Shown in pieces: positions 19,452-28,458 of a stretch of DNA of 64,000 bases (positions within the stretch are counted from its first letter, which is position 1; every line of letters starts with the position of its first letter). The stretch is from positions 32,001 to 96,000 of the forward strand of contig JBIJDH010000023.1 of assembly GCA_044344255.1 (NCBI GenBank). Direction: 5' to 3'. The translations under genes were made by a program, and so were the position numbers. This DNA is from Myxococcota bacterium. Its GTDB lineage: Bacteria > Myxococcota_A > UBA796 > UBA2385. Under the pieces are notes generated by a model. It worked only from the letters and a program-made list of their open reading frames with translations, did no database searches and was not told the origin of the DNA.

Positions 19452-20717
19452 ATGTCTGTCCCCCCCGCACCCGCGCCCATAGACCCCGACGAGACGCTCG
19501 GCCTCGTCGCGCGGATCCTCGACACCCACCACGCCCTCCTGCGGCAAGAGCTCCCGCGACTGGGGGAGGCCCTCCGCGGTCGAGATCGCGGGCTGGTGGG
19601 CCCCTTCGTCGAGCTGCGCGCGCTCCTCGAGGCCCACCTTTGGAAGGAGGAGGTCATCCTCTTCCCAGCGATCCAAGCGCTCGCGCGGGGAGAGGCCGGA
19701 GGCGGCTGCGGCGTGGAGGCGCCCATTCGACAGATGAGCTTCGAGCACGAGAAGATCCGAGAGCTGGAAGAGGTGTTGCGGGGAGCGGCCTCGCTCGCCG
19801 GCGCCGAGGCGGGTGCGCTCGTCGCCCTGCTCGACGATCTGGCCGTCCACGCCCGCACCGAAGATGAAGCGCTCTTCCCCGCCGCGCTCTCCTTGGCCGC
19901 GAGCGGCGTGGAGGTGAGCCCCCCCGAGGCGCCGGCCGAGCCCCCGTCGGCGCCCAGAACGAAGACCCTGCCTCCCCCCATCGCCGTGCCGGACAGCCCC
20001 TTCTCGCTCCGCCACCTCGGCTGGAGCGGGCTCGAGCTCCGCCACGGGGGGCTCCGCCTCTCGGTCGATCCCCCGGAGCCGGTCGAGGGGCCGATCGCCC
20101 TCTCCTGGTCCGAGCAGGAGCGCGTCCGGGGCGCTCGGGCCAGCCGTGGGCCCTTCGCGGCGGCCCAGCCCATCCTGTCCTGGCTGGCGCTCCACGGCAT
20201 GCCCCTCGAGGAGGGACGCGCCGTGCCCTTCGGCGGCTGGATGGTGTCGGTGAAGGCGTACCGGCCGATCCCGTACGCCACAGCCCCCGAGGCCGCGCGA
20301 AAGGTGCTCTCCGGGCTCCGCTCCCCTGCGGTCGCGGCCGGCCGCCTCGCCTTCACGCTCCGCCGTCCGAGCGCCCTGCCCCTCGCGCTCCGCCTCGATG
20401 TCCACGGGCGCCGGGCCGTCCTCCTCGGTCAAGCGCTCCACCGCTTCCTCACCCCCGAGGAGCACAGGGCCCTCGTCACCTGGGCGGGGCGGGCCGACCT
20501 CGTCGTCGCGGGCACCGACTACGACGACGAGGCTGCGACCGGCTCGCTCCTCGCGGCCTTTGATGCGGGCGAGCGCGTCATCGCCGACCTCACCGGGCAG
20601 GTGCGACGCGCCCTCCATTTGCCCGTCCGGACCCTCGATCATGCCCTCGCGGCCGCTCCAACGGGCACGCATGGCCTCTCCGCTGGGAGCGGGGTCGGCG
20701 GCCCCTTAGCCGGCTGA
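19452..20717 (+). CDS. Hemerythrin (RIC/YtfE-like di-iron) domain fused to a degenerate MBL-like domain
   Basis: THHALLRQELPRL, HLWKEEVILFP, PIRQMSFEHE, HARTEDEALFP. After a Pro-rich linker, LRHLGWSGLEL...VDP resembles the start of an MBL fold but lacks HxHxDH. Confidence 0.7.
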   Translation: MSVPPAPAPIDPDETLGLVARILDTHHALLRQELPRLGEALRGRDRGLVGPFVELRALLEAHLWKEEVILFPAIQALARGEAGGGCGVEAPIRQMSFEHEKIRELEEVLRGAASLAGAEAGALVALLDDLAVHARTEDEALFPAALSLAASGVEVSPPEAPAEPPSAPRTKTLPPPIAVPDSPFSLRHLGWSGLELRHGGLRLSVDPPEPVEGPIALSWSEQERVRGARASRGPFAAAQPILSWLALHGMPLEEGRAVPFGGWMVSVKAYRPIPYATAPEAARKVLSGLRSPAVAAGRLAFTLRRPSALPLALRLDVHGRRAVLLGQALHRFLTPEEHRALVTWAGRADLVVAGTDYDDEAATGSLLAAFDAGERVIADLTGQVRRALHLPVRTLDHALAAAPTGTHGLSAGSGVGGPLAG

Positions 20718-20771
20718 CGAGGGCCCCGGCATGGGGCGGGGGCTCCGGCATTTGACGGAGGGCGCGGTCGC

Positions 20772-21440
20772 TCAGGCCCCCGTGCGCAGGTCCACGGTGA
20801 TGACCACCTCGTCTCGGATGAGGTCGTCGGGCTTGCCGGGGAAGGCGATGCCGAAGTCCTGGCGGTTGATGACGAACTCGGTCTTCACGGTGGCCGCGCC
20901 GGCACCCGCGGTGATCTTCGCGGGCACCTCGAGGCGCTTGGTGACGCCGTGGAGCGTCAGATCGCCGATGATCGTGCTGTTGGCGCCCTCGAGCTTGGAG
21001 TCGGCGGGGGCGCCGGCCTTGATCTCGGTCGAGACGAAGGTGGCCGAGGGGAAGGCGGCGACGTTGAAGAAGTCGGGGCTCTGGAGGTGGCCGTCGAGCT
21101 TGGCCGAGTCGGTCTTCACGGTGGAGACGTTCACCTCGACGCGGCCGCCGGTCAGCTTGTCGCCGTCTACGGAGAGGCTCCCTGTCCAGCCGCCGAAGGT
21201 GCCGGTGTGAGACTTGGTGATCTTCGCCCCGACGAAGCCCACGGAGCCGACGGCCGCGAGGGCCGTGCCCGGGAAGGAGGGCGTCGCGGCGGCCGGCGCC
21301 GCGGCGGAGGGAGCGGCCGGAGTGGCCGGAGCGGCGGGCGCGGCGGCCGGCGGGGCCTCGCTCACCTTGGCGGCGGACTTGTCCTCGGCGGGGTTGGCGC
21401 AGGCGAGAGCGAGACAAGACAGGAGGGCGATACGGTACAA
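20772..21440 (-). CDS. YceI family lipoprotein (lipid/polyisoprenoid-binding)
   Basis: Lipobox ALAC, Ala/Pro linker, LDGHLQSPDFFNVAAFPSATF, GDLTLHGVTK, INRQDFGI. Confidence 0.9.
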   Translation of the reverse strand: MYRIALLSCLALACANPAEDKSAAKVSEAPPAAAPAAPATPAAPSAAAPAAATPSFPGTALAAVGSVGFVGAKITKSHTGTFGGWTGSLSVDGDKLTGGRVEVNVSTVKTDSAKLDGHLQSPDFFNVAAFPSATFVSTEIKAGAPADSKLEGANSTIIGDLTLHGVTKRLEVPAKITAGAGAATVKTEFVINRQDFGIAFPGKPDDLIRDEVVITVDLRTGA

Positions 21441-21484
21441 GGGGGCTCCAGGTGACGGTGACCCGGGTTGCTAGCCCAAGAACG

Positions 21485-21536
21485 GGCCGAGCGCACGCCG
21501 GTCGAGCGCAGGCCGGTCGAGCGCAGGCTGGCCGAG
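21485..21536. repeat. Intergenic 15-bp tandem repeat GGYCGAGCGCASGCY x3.5
   Basis: Contiguous units at 21485, 21500, 21515 and a partial unit at 21530, between divergent genes. Confidence 0.85.
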
Positions 21537-21602
21537 GGCCGGCGCGGGCGATCACCGGGGGACGTGATAAGGTGGCCTCGGCGAAATTCCGAGAGGCCCC
21601 CC

Positions 21603-22814
21603 ATGCCCGACGTCACCCAGCGTTCCACCACGACGACCACCGCGCGCACCACCTCCGGTGGCAGCAGCACCGCCTCGGGGGGCCGCACCGGCGCCGGGGA
21701 GCGGGGCAACGCCGCGGCGCAGGACGACCTGCGCGCCGGTGCCAAGCCGCGGGTGGTGGCCTATCTCACGCAGAACAGCACCACGCACCAGAACGACGAG
21801 ATCCCCGAGACGCTCGCCGCCCTCCAGAAGGCCGATCAGAGCGGCCTCGGAAAGAAGAGCCTGATCCCGATCTCGGATCCCTACGCCGACGGCCACGAGA
21901 CCGACGGCTACACCTTCGGGTCGGCCAACAAGGACAAGCTCGGCTGGTGGCAGGGGGACCCCTCCCTTCAGCCCGGCCAGGCCAAGCTCGGCGCCGAGAC
22001 GCTGACCCTCGGCGTCGACGACCCCACCGGCAGCTCCGAGGAGGCCGTGAAGATCGGCGCTGACTGGTCGAAGGCCCTCCTCGCCCTCGGCATGGACGCC
22101 GCCACCACCGGTCGTGTCGTGGCCGCCCTCTTCAAAGACTCCGACGGCAACCCGAAGCTCTACGCTTCGGGCGGTCGGGCCTGTAACGAGCTCATGCAGA
22201 TGGTCTATGTGCTCTATCGGGCCGAACAGGGTGAGTTTGAGCTCAGCGGCATCGTGCTCTCGGGGCACCACTACTCCGGCACGGACTACCTGTTCGGGGA
22301 GAGCGCGCCGCACGAGTACGACACGAAGGACAGCTTCAATTTTCATGACCTCGAGGCCCTGAAGCCGGTCTTCCCGAAGGCCTTCGCTGATGTTGACAGC
22401 GTACAGTTCTCGGCCTGCAACACCCACGACATCGCGATGAACGACGCGCAAGGTAACGAGCAGTCCACCGGCGACTGGGTGAAGAACACCTTCCCCAACT
22501 CGGAGAGCTCGGCCTGGTGGTCGGGCATCGCGCCTGGCTCGGACATGGCCTCCTTCTTCTCGGGTGAGTTCGCCCTCGACCAGGCCAAGAAGGAGAAGGG
22601 GGACAGCGCCGCGTTTGGCGACGCCCTCTTCCGACAGACCAGCAAGGGGGAGTTCCATCGCGGTCAGACGGGCGCCGACGGCAAGATGGCCGAGACCCCC
22701 CTCCAGAAGAACGGGAGCTCCTACAGCTACAACGACTACAAGGGGCTGCGGAACTCGAACGGGCAGGCCTTCCACAAGCGCCCTGACCTGATGAAGTACG
22801 TCCACCAGAAGTAG
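21603..22814 (+). CDS. Hypothetical protein with Thr/Ser/Gly-rich leader and possible caspase/CHAT-like His-Cys dyad
   Basis: ATG 21603 with GAGAGG SD. Motifs IVLSGHH and VQFSACN. Confidence 0.7.
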   Translation: MPDVTQRSTTTTTARTTSGGSSTASGGRTGAGERGNAAAQDDLRAGAKPRVVAYLTQNSTTHQNDEIPETLAALQKADQSGLGKKSLIPISDPYADGHETDGYTFGSANKDKLGWWQGDPSLQPGQAKLGAETLTLGVDDPTGSSEEAVKIGADWSKALLALGMDAATTGRVVAALFKDSDGNPKLYASGGRACNELMQMVYVLYRAEQGEFELSGIVLSGHHYSGTDYLFGESAPHEYDTKDSFNFHDLEALKPVFPKAFADVDSVQFSACNTHDIAMNDAQGNEQSTGDWVKNTFPNSESSAWWSGIAPGSDMASFFSGEFALDQAKKEKGDSAAFGDALFRQTSKGEFHRGQTGADGKMAETPLQKNGSSYSYNDYKGLRNSNGQAFHKRPDLMKYVHQK

Positions 22815-22823
22815 TCGGGCGTG

Positions 22824-23234
22824 ATGAGCTGGCTGCTGCTGCTGACCCTCAGCGCACAGGGACAGGATCTCGGAGACGCGCTCGTGGCCCCGCCGCCTCC
22901 GCGGGGCGCCGGTGGGGTCGATGTGGCGCTCCGGAGCCGGCGCTTCGAGCTCGACGGTGTCCCCTGGTACGGGCTGCGATGGGCCACGGTCACCTGGACG
23001 ACCACCCTCGGGGATGGCACGGAGATCTCGACCACGACTCGCTTCTGGGGCACGAAGCGCTGTGAGCTGCGCCTCCCCCTCGGCGAGGCGGGCCCGGTCA
23101 CGCTCCACATCGCCCAGCGTGGCCCGCTGCCGGCACCCCTCGAGCCCCGCCTGCCGGAGGGCTGGACCGCCGAGGGCGCCGGCTGGAAGGGCGGCGGGCC
23201 CGGGGAGATCGTGCTCCGCCTGCCCGGCTGTTGA
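22824..23234 (+). CDS. Small hypothetical exported protein
   Basis: Starts 9 bp after the upstream stop, with a hydrophobic N-terminus (MSWLLLLTLSAQG) and beta-rich sequence. Confidence 0.5.
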   Translation: MSWLLLLTLSAQGQDLGDALVAPPPPRGAGGVDVALRSRRFELDGVPWYGLRWATVTWTTTLGDGTEISTTTRFWGTKRCELRLPLGEAGPVTLHIAQRGPLPAPLEPRLPEGWTAEGAGWKGGGPGEIVLRLPGC

Positions 23235-23360
23235 CGGAGCCGGGCGCAGAGGGAGATCTGCGGGCCGGACAGCGCCTGTCCGCCCTCCCTGGACCCGACC
23301 GGCTAGGAGACAGGGGCTCACCCGTTGAGCGTCGTCCCCCGCGCGGGGTGGAGAGGCGGA

Positions 23361-24710
23361 ATGTTGCGGATCTTGCACACCGGTGATTGGCACCTCGGTC
23401 ACCAGCTCCACGGCTTCGATCGAGTCCGGGAGCACCAGATCTTCCTCGATTGGCTGCTCGTGGAGCTCGGGGAGCAGGCGGTCGACACGCTGCTCATCGC
23501 GGGCGACGTCTTTGACACCGCCAACCCGCCCGCCTCGGCGCTCGCCACCTGGTACCAGTTCCTCGCCGAGGCTCGGCGCCGCCACCCCAACCTCAACGTG
23601 GTGGTGATCGGCGGGAACCACGACTCTGCGGCCCGCCTCGACGCGCCGCAGCCCGTGCTGGGGGCGCTCGGGGTCACCGTGATCGGGGGCCTGCCACGGG
23701 GGGAAGGCGGGCTCCTCGACGCCGAGCGGGTCGTGCTGCCGCTCCGACGGAGGGATGGGGAGGTGGGGGCCTGGCTCTGCGCGGTGCCCTTCCTCCGCCC
23801 GGCTGACCTCCCGCCTCCTGCCGCCCTCCCGCTCACCGGCGACGTGCCCGAGGGCGACCGCCTGATCGAGGGGGTGCGCGCCGTCTACGCCGCCGCCGTG
23901 GCGGAGGCCCGCGCGAGGCGCTCGCCCGGTCAGGCGCTGCTGGCGGCGGGCCACTGCTACATGACGGGCACGGAGCTGTCGATGATGAGCGAGCGGCGGG
24001 TGCTGGGCGGCAACCAGCACGCGCTGCCCGTCGAGGTCTTCGACGCCGACCTCGCGTATGTGGCGCTCGGCCACCTCCACCGGGCCCAGCGGGTCGGCGG
24101 GCGGGAGGGGGTCCGCTACGCGGGCTCACCCCTGCCGCTCTCGATGACCGAGGCCGACTACCCGCACCAGGTGATGATCGTCGACATCGAGGGGGAGCAG
24201 GTGTCGGCGCTCCGCCCCCGGCTCACCCCGCGGCCCGTCGCCCTGCTCCGGCTCCCGGTCGGCGAGGCCCAGCCCCTGGCGGCGGTCCTCGTGGCGCTGG
24301 GGGCGCTGCCGAACCGCGTGACCGGCGAAGAGGAAGCCCTGCTGCCCTTCCTCGAGGTGGCCGTCCGCCTCGAGCGGCCGGCGCCGGGGCTCCGCCAGGA
24401 GGTGGAGGCCGCCGTGGGGGCCAAGGCGGTGCGCCTCGTGAAGATCAGCACCACCACGACGGGGACGGGGGCCGCCCTCGGCGACCTCCAACGCGGCGAG
24501 GTGCTTCGCGACCTCCACCCCGAGGAGGTCTTTCGGCGGCGCTGGTCGAGGGACCACGAAGAGGAGCCTGGGGTCGCCCTGATCGAGGCCTTTCACGCCC
24601 TGCTGGAGCGGGTGGAGGGGGGCCCGCCGCCGAGCCCCACCGCCCCGCCGCCCGCGAGCCCGCCCCCGGACCCCTCGAAGAACCCCAGCTCCGGCGTGGT
24701 GCCCGCATGA
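23361..24710 (+). CDS. sbcD: Exonuclease SbcCD subunit D (Mre11-like)
   Basis: ILHTGDWHLG, IAGDVFD, GGNHDS and YVALGHLH..Q motifs, YAGSP. ATG 23361 follows GGAGAGG. Confidence 0.95.
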   Translation: MLRILHTGDWHLGHQLHGFDRVREHQIFLDWLLVELGEQAVDTLLIAGDVFDTANPPASALATWYQFLAEARRRHPNLNVVVIGGNHDSAARLDAPQPVLGALGVTVIGGLPRGEGGLLDAERVVLPLRRRDGEVGAWLCAVPFLRPADLPPPAALPLTGDVPEGDRLIEGVRAVYAAAVAEARARRSPGQALLAAGHCYMTGTELSMMSERRVLGGNQHALPVEVFDADLAYVALGHLHRAQRVGGREGVRYAGSPLPLSMTEADYPHQVMIVDIEGEQVSALRPRLTPRPVALLRLPVGEAQPLAAVLVALGALPNRVTGEEEALLPFLEVAVRLERPAPGLRQEVEAAVGAKAVRLVKISTTTTGTGAALGDLQRGEVLRDLHPEEVFRRRWSRDHEEEPGVALIEAFHALLERVEGGPPPSPTAPPPASPPPDPSKNPSSGVVPA

Positions 24711-27700
24711 AGATCCTCGGCATTCGCGGCGCCAACCTCGCCAGCCTCGACAAGTTCGACCTCCGCCTCGACCGCGCCCCGCTGTCGAGCGCAGGCCTCT
24801 TCGCCATCACCGGCCCCACCGGCGCCGGCAAGAGCACGCTGCTCGACGCCCTCTGCCTCGCCCTCTACGACACCACGCCGCGCGTCGAGGTCCGCGGTCG
24901 GGGCGTGCTCTTCGGCCGCGCCGACGAGCCCGAGGAGAGCCGGGTGAGCAGCACCGACCCCCGCACCCTCCTCCGGCGGGGGACGGGCATGGCCATGGCC
25001 GAGGTCGAGTTCCTGGGCCGCGGCGGCAAGCGCTACCTCGCCCACTGGGAGGTGCGGCGGGCCCGGGAGAAGGCCGATGGGCGCTTCCAGAACCAGGAGA
25101 TGTGGCTGCACGATCTCGACCTTGACCGCCGGGTGGCGGGGGGCAAGCGCACCGAGGTCAAGGCGGCCATCGTCGAGAAGCTGGGCCTCGACTTCGACCA
25201 GTTCCGCAGGTCGGCCCTGCTCGCCCAGGGGGAGTTCGCCGCCTTCCTCAAGGCCAACGAGGACGAGCGCAGCCAGCTCCTCGCCGCGATGACCGGCACC
25301 TGGATCTACGAGCAGCTCGGCCGCGGGGCCTTCGAGTCGGCTCGCGAGCTCCGGCGACTGCTGGACGGCTTGGAACAGCAGGAGCGGGCCTTGGCGCTGC
25401 TGTCTGAAGAGCGGCGGGGGACGGCGCAGCAGGAGATCGGGGCCCTGGAGGCGGCGCTGCTGGCCCTGGCCGCGCGGCTCGAGGGGGCGACCGGCGCGGT
25501 GGCCTGGTTCGAGAAGGCCGATCAGCAGAGGGCCGCCGTCCAGCGGGCCGTCGAGCACCGGGCGGCCGCCGAGCTCACGGTCGCCGCGGCCGCTACCCGT
25601 CGGTTGACGCTGGCCGCGGTCGAGGGCGCCGAGGCCCTGCGGTCGGTGGTCGAGGGGGCCGATCGGGCGCTCGTCGGGGCCCTGGAGCGGCGTCGGGCGG
25701 CGACGGAGCAAGAGGCCGAGGTGGAGCGGGCCGCCCAGGCGGAGCTCCGGGCGCTTCAGGGGCGCACGCTCGCGGCCGTGGCTCGAGACGAGGCCCGGCG
25801 GCGCCGGCAGGAGCTGGAGCCGGAGCTCGCCGCTGCCGCCCTGCTCGACGCCCAGCTGCGCGGCCTCGAAGAGCGCGAGCAGCTGGGGGTGCAGCGCGGT
25901 CGGGCCGCGCAGGCGGCGGTGGAGGTGGCGCGGGAGAGGGCGGCCGGCCTCGCCCAGGCGGTGTCCCAGCACGAGACCCTGGCGCTGGAGGCCGAGCGCT
26001 GGTTCAAGCAGAACGCGCAGCTTCAGGCCCTCGTGGACGGCTGGAGCCGCTGGGAGAAGGACCTCTCCCGCACCGACGACCTCATCCGGCAGCTCCGCTC
26101 GAATGAGGCGGCCGCCGGGGCCATCCGCGCGCGGGCCGAGGTCGCCGGCGAGGCCCTCCGCGCCGCACAGGGCCGCTGGACGGAGGCCGCGCGCGGGCTC
26201 GAGTCGGCGGAGGGCGCCTGCCACCTCGCGGCCGAGGCTGCGCGGGAGCGGCCCGCCGCGCCCCAACGGGCGGAGCGTGACCGGCTCCAGGAGGACCGCG
26301 CGCGCCTCGAGCGGGCCGCTGACCTCCTCAACACCGTGGATCGGCTGGAGCGAGACCTCAAGCAGAGCCGCGCCGCCGCCGCCGCGGCGAAGGCCCAGGG
26401 GGAGGCCCACGCCGCCGCCGCCGAGCTCTCCCGAGCGGAGGCCGAGCGCCTCAAGGGGCGCGCCGAAGAGGCCGAGATCGCCGTCCAGACGCTCACCCTC
26501 GCGCTGAGCCTCGCCGACCACCGGCGGTCGCTGCGGCGGGGCGAGCCCTGCCCCCTCTGCGGCGCCGCCGAGCACCCTTGGGCCGAGGGCGCCGGGCCCG
26601 CCGACGAGGCCCTGCTCAGCCAGCGGGAGCGCCTGAAGGGCCTCCAGCGGGCGGGGCGCGAGGCCCTCTCGACCGCCACCGCCGAGGCCGCCCACGCCCT
26701 GGCCTCCGCCGCGGCCGCGTCCCGAGAGGAGCAGCGGGGGACGGAGCTCGACCAGCAGCGCCTCGCCGAGGGGCTGAGGCTCGGGCCCCTCCTCGCCGGC
26801 CTCGCGGTGGCGACCGTGGCGACCACCCCGATCGACCTCCACGATCCCTCCGTCCTCCGGCGCCTCATCGAGGCCCAGCTCCGCTCAGCCCGCGAGGGCG
26901 TCTCGCTCCTCGAACAGGGCATTCGTGCCGCCGAGGCCCTGGAGCGACAGGCGGAGGGGAGCCGCGCGGCCTTCGAGGCCGCCCGCCGCCGCCGCGACCT
27001 CGAGGCGGTCTCGGTCGAGGCCGCAGCCCAGGAGGCCCGGCATGCCGAGGAGGCCGCCCGCGGCTCCGCGGCCGACCGTGGCCGCCTCGAGGGTGAAGTG
27101 GAGCTGCTCATCGAGGGCCTCGGCCCCGCCTTCGAGCTCCGGCAGGTGGACTGGCGGCGGGCCCTGAGGGCCGATCCCCAGGGCGCCCGCGCCGCCGCGC
27201 ACCGAGATCAACGCCTCTGGACGAGCTGGAGGCAGAAGCAAGAGTCGAGCGCGAAGGAGCTCGGTCAGCTGCGGCCCCTGGCGGCGACGGCGCGGTCCGA
27301 GGCGGAGGGCGCGCAGGCCGCCCGCCTGCAGGCCGAAGACGACGCCCGGAAGGTCAGCGAGGAGCGGGAGGCCGCCAGCCGAGGGCGGGCGGGCATGCTC
27401 GACGGTCAGCCCACGGCCGTCGTCCGCGGGGCCTTGGACGCGGCCATCACCCAGGCCGAGGCCGCCGCCGCCGCCGCTGTCACCGCCGCTGAGGCCGCCC
27501 TGCGGTCTGCCAACGAGGCCCGCGGCCGGGTCGAGGCCGCCTTGGAGGCCGCCCAGCGGGCCGAGGGCGAGGCCGGCGCCGCGGAGCGCGCCCGCGACGC
27601 GGCCCTCGGCGAAGGGGGGGTCGCGCTGGCCACCGCCCGCGCCCGCCTCGCGCCGGACTCCGCCTGGCGCCAGCGGGAGCGCGCCGAGCTCGCGCGCCTC

Positions 27701-28453
27701 GACGAGGCCCTGGCCGCGGCCCGCTCCGCCGAGGCGGTCCACGTCGAGCAGCAGGCCGCGCACCAGGCCGCCCCGCCTCCCCTCGGGGACGCGCTCGCCG
27801 CGCAGACGGAGGTCGAGGCCAGCCGCGCCGCCCTCGCCGCCGCCGCCGAGCGTCGGGCGGAGCTCCGCGCCGAGCTGCAGCGGGACGACCGCGGTCGGGA
27901 CGCCGCCCAGGCCCTGCGCGAGGCGCTGACCCTCCGCCGCGCCGAGGCTCGGCCCTGGCTCGAGATGGACTCCCTCATTGGCTCATCCGACGGGAAGAAG
28001 TTTCGGGTCTTCGCCCAGAGCCTCACGCTCGACGCGCTGCTCGCCGAGGCCAACCACCACCTCGATGAGCTCGCCCCGCGCTACCGCCTGATGCGGGTGC
28101 CCCGCTACGACCTCGACCTGCAGGTGATCGACCGCGACATGGGCGACGAGGTGCGCGCCACCACCAGCCTCTCGGGCGGCGAGAGCTTCCTCGTCTCGCT
28201 GGCCCTGGCCCTGGCCCTGGCCTCCCTCTCCGCCGAGAACACACGCGTGGAGACCCTCTTCATCGACGAGGGCTTTGGCACGTTGGATCCCGCCACCCTC
28301 GAGGTCGCCCTCCACACCCTCGATCAGCTCCAATCCACCGGGCGACAGGTGGGCCTCATCTCCCATGTGCCCGGCCTCGCCGAGCGCATCGGCGCCCAGG
28401 TGCGGGTGGAGCCTCGCGGCGGCGGCCGGAGCGTCGTGCGGGTCGTCGGCTGA
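24707..28453 (+). CDS. sbcC: Exonuclease SbcCD subunit C (Rad50-like ATPase)
   Basis: Walker A GPTGAGKS, LAQGEF, coiled coils with zinc hook CPLCG, LSGGE signature, FIDEGFG, ISH. ATGA-coupled to sbcD. Confidence 0.95.
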   Translation: MKILGIRGANLASLDKFDLRLDRAPLSSAGLFAITGPTGAGKSTLLDALCLALYDTTPRVEVRGRGVLFGRADEPEESRVSSTDPRTLLRRGTGMAMAEVEFLGRGGKRYLAHWEVRRAREKADGRFQNQEMWLHDLDLDRRVAGGKRTEVKAAIVEKLGLDFDQFRRSALLAQGEFAAFLKANEDERSQLLAAMTGTWIYEQLGRGAFESARELRRLLDGLEQQERALALLSEERRGTAQQEIGALEAALLALAARLEGATGAVAWFEKADQQRAAVQRAVEHRAAAELTVAAAATRRLTLAAVEGAEALRSVVEGADRALVGALERRRAATEQEAEVERAAQAELRALQGRTLAAVARDEARRRRQELEPELAAAALLDAQLRGLEEREQLGVQRGRAAQAAVEVARERAAGLAQAVSQHETLALEAERWFKQNAQLQALVDGWSRWEKDLSRTDDLIRQLRSNEAAAGAIRARAEVAGEALRAAQGRWTEAARGLESAEGACHLAAEAARERPAAPQRAERDRLQEDRARLERAADLLNTVDRLERDLKQSRAAAAAAKAQGEAHAAAAELSRAEAERLKGRAEEAEIAVQTLTLALSLADHRRSLRRGEPCPLCGAAEHPWAEGAGPADEALLSQRERLKGLQRAGREALSTATAEAAHALASAAAASREEQRGTELDQQRLAEGLRLGPLLAGLAVATVATTPIDLHDPSVLRRLIEAQLRSAREGVSLLEQGIRAAEALERQAEGSRAAFEAARRRRDLEAVSVEAAAQEARHAEEAARGSAADRGRLEGEVELLIEGLGPAFELRQVDWRRALRADPQGARAAAHRDQRLWTSWRQKQESSAKELGQLRPLAATARSEAEGAQAARLQAEDDARKVSEEREAASRGRAGMLDGQPTAVVRGALDAAITQAEAAAAAAVTAAEAALRSANEARGRVEAALEAAQRAEGEAGAAERARDAALGEGGVALATARARLAPDSAWRQRERAELARLDEALAAARSAEAVHVEQQAAHQAAPPPLGDALAAQTEVEASRAALAAAAERRAELRAELQRDDRGRDAAQALREALTLRRAEARPWLEMDSLIGSSDGKKFRVFAQSLTLDALLAEANHHLDELAPRYRLMRVPRYDLDLQVIDRDMGDEVRATTSLSGGESFLVSLALALALASLSAENTRVETLFIDEGFGTLDPATLEVALHTLDQLQSTGRQVGLISHVPGLAERIGAQVRVEPRGGGRSVVRVVG

Positions 28454-28458
28454 GGCGC

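Noticed and set aside
23361..28453. SbcCD as a Wadjet/Lamassu-type defence SMC system
   Set aside because: It is a canonical sbcD-sbcC pair with a zinc hook and no accessory effector or kleisin genes, consistent with housekeeping repair.
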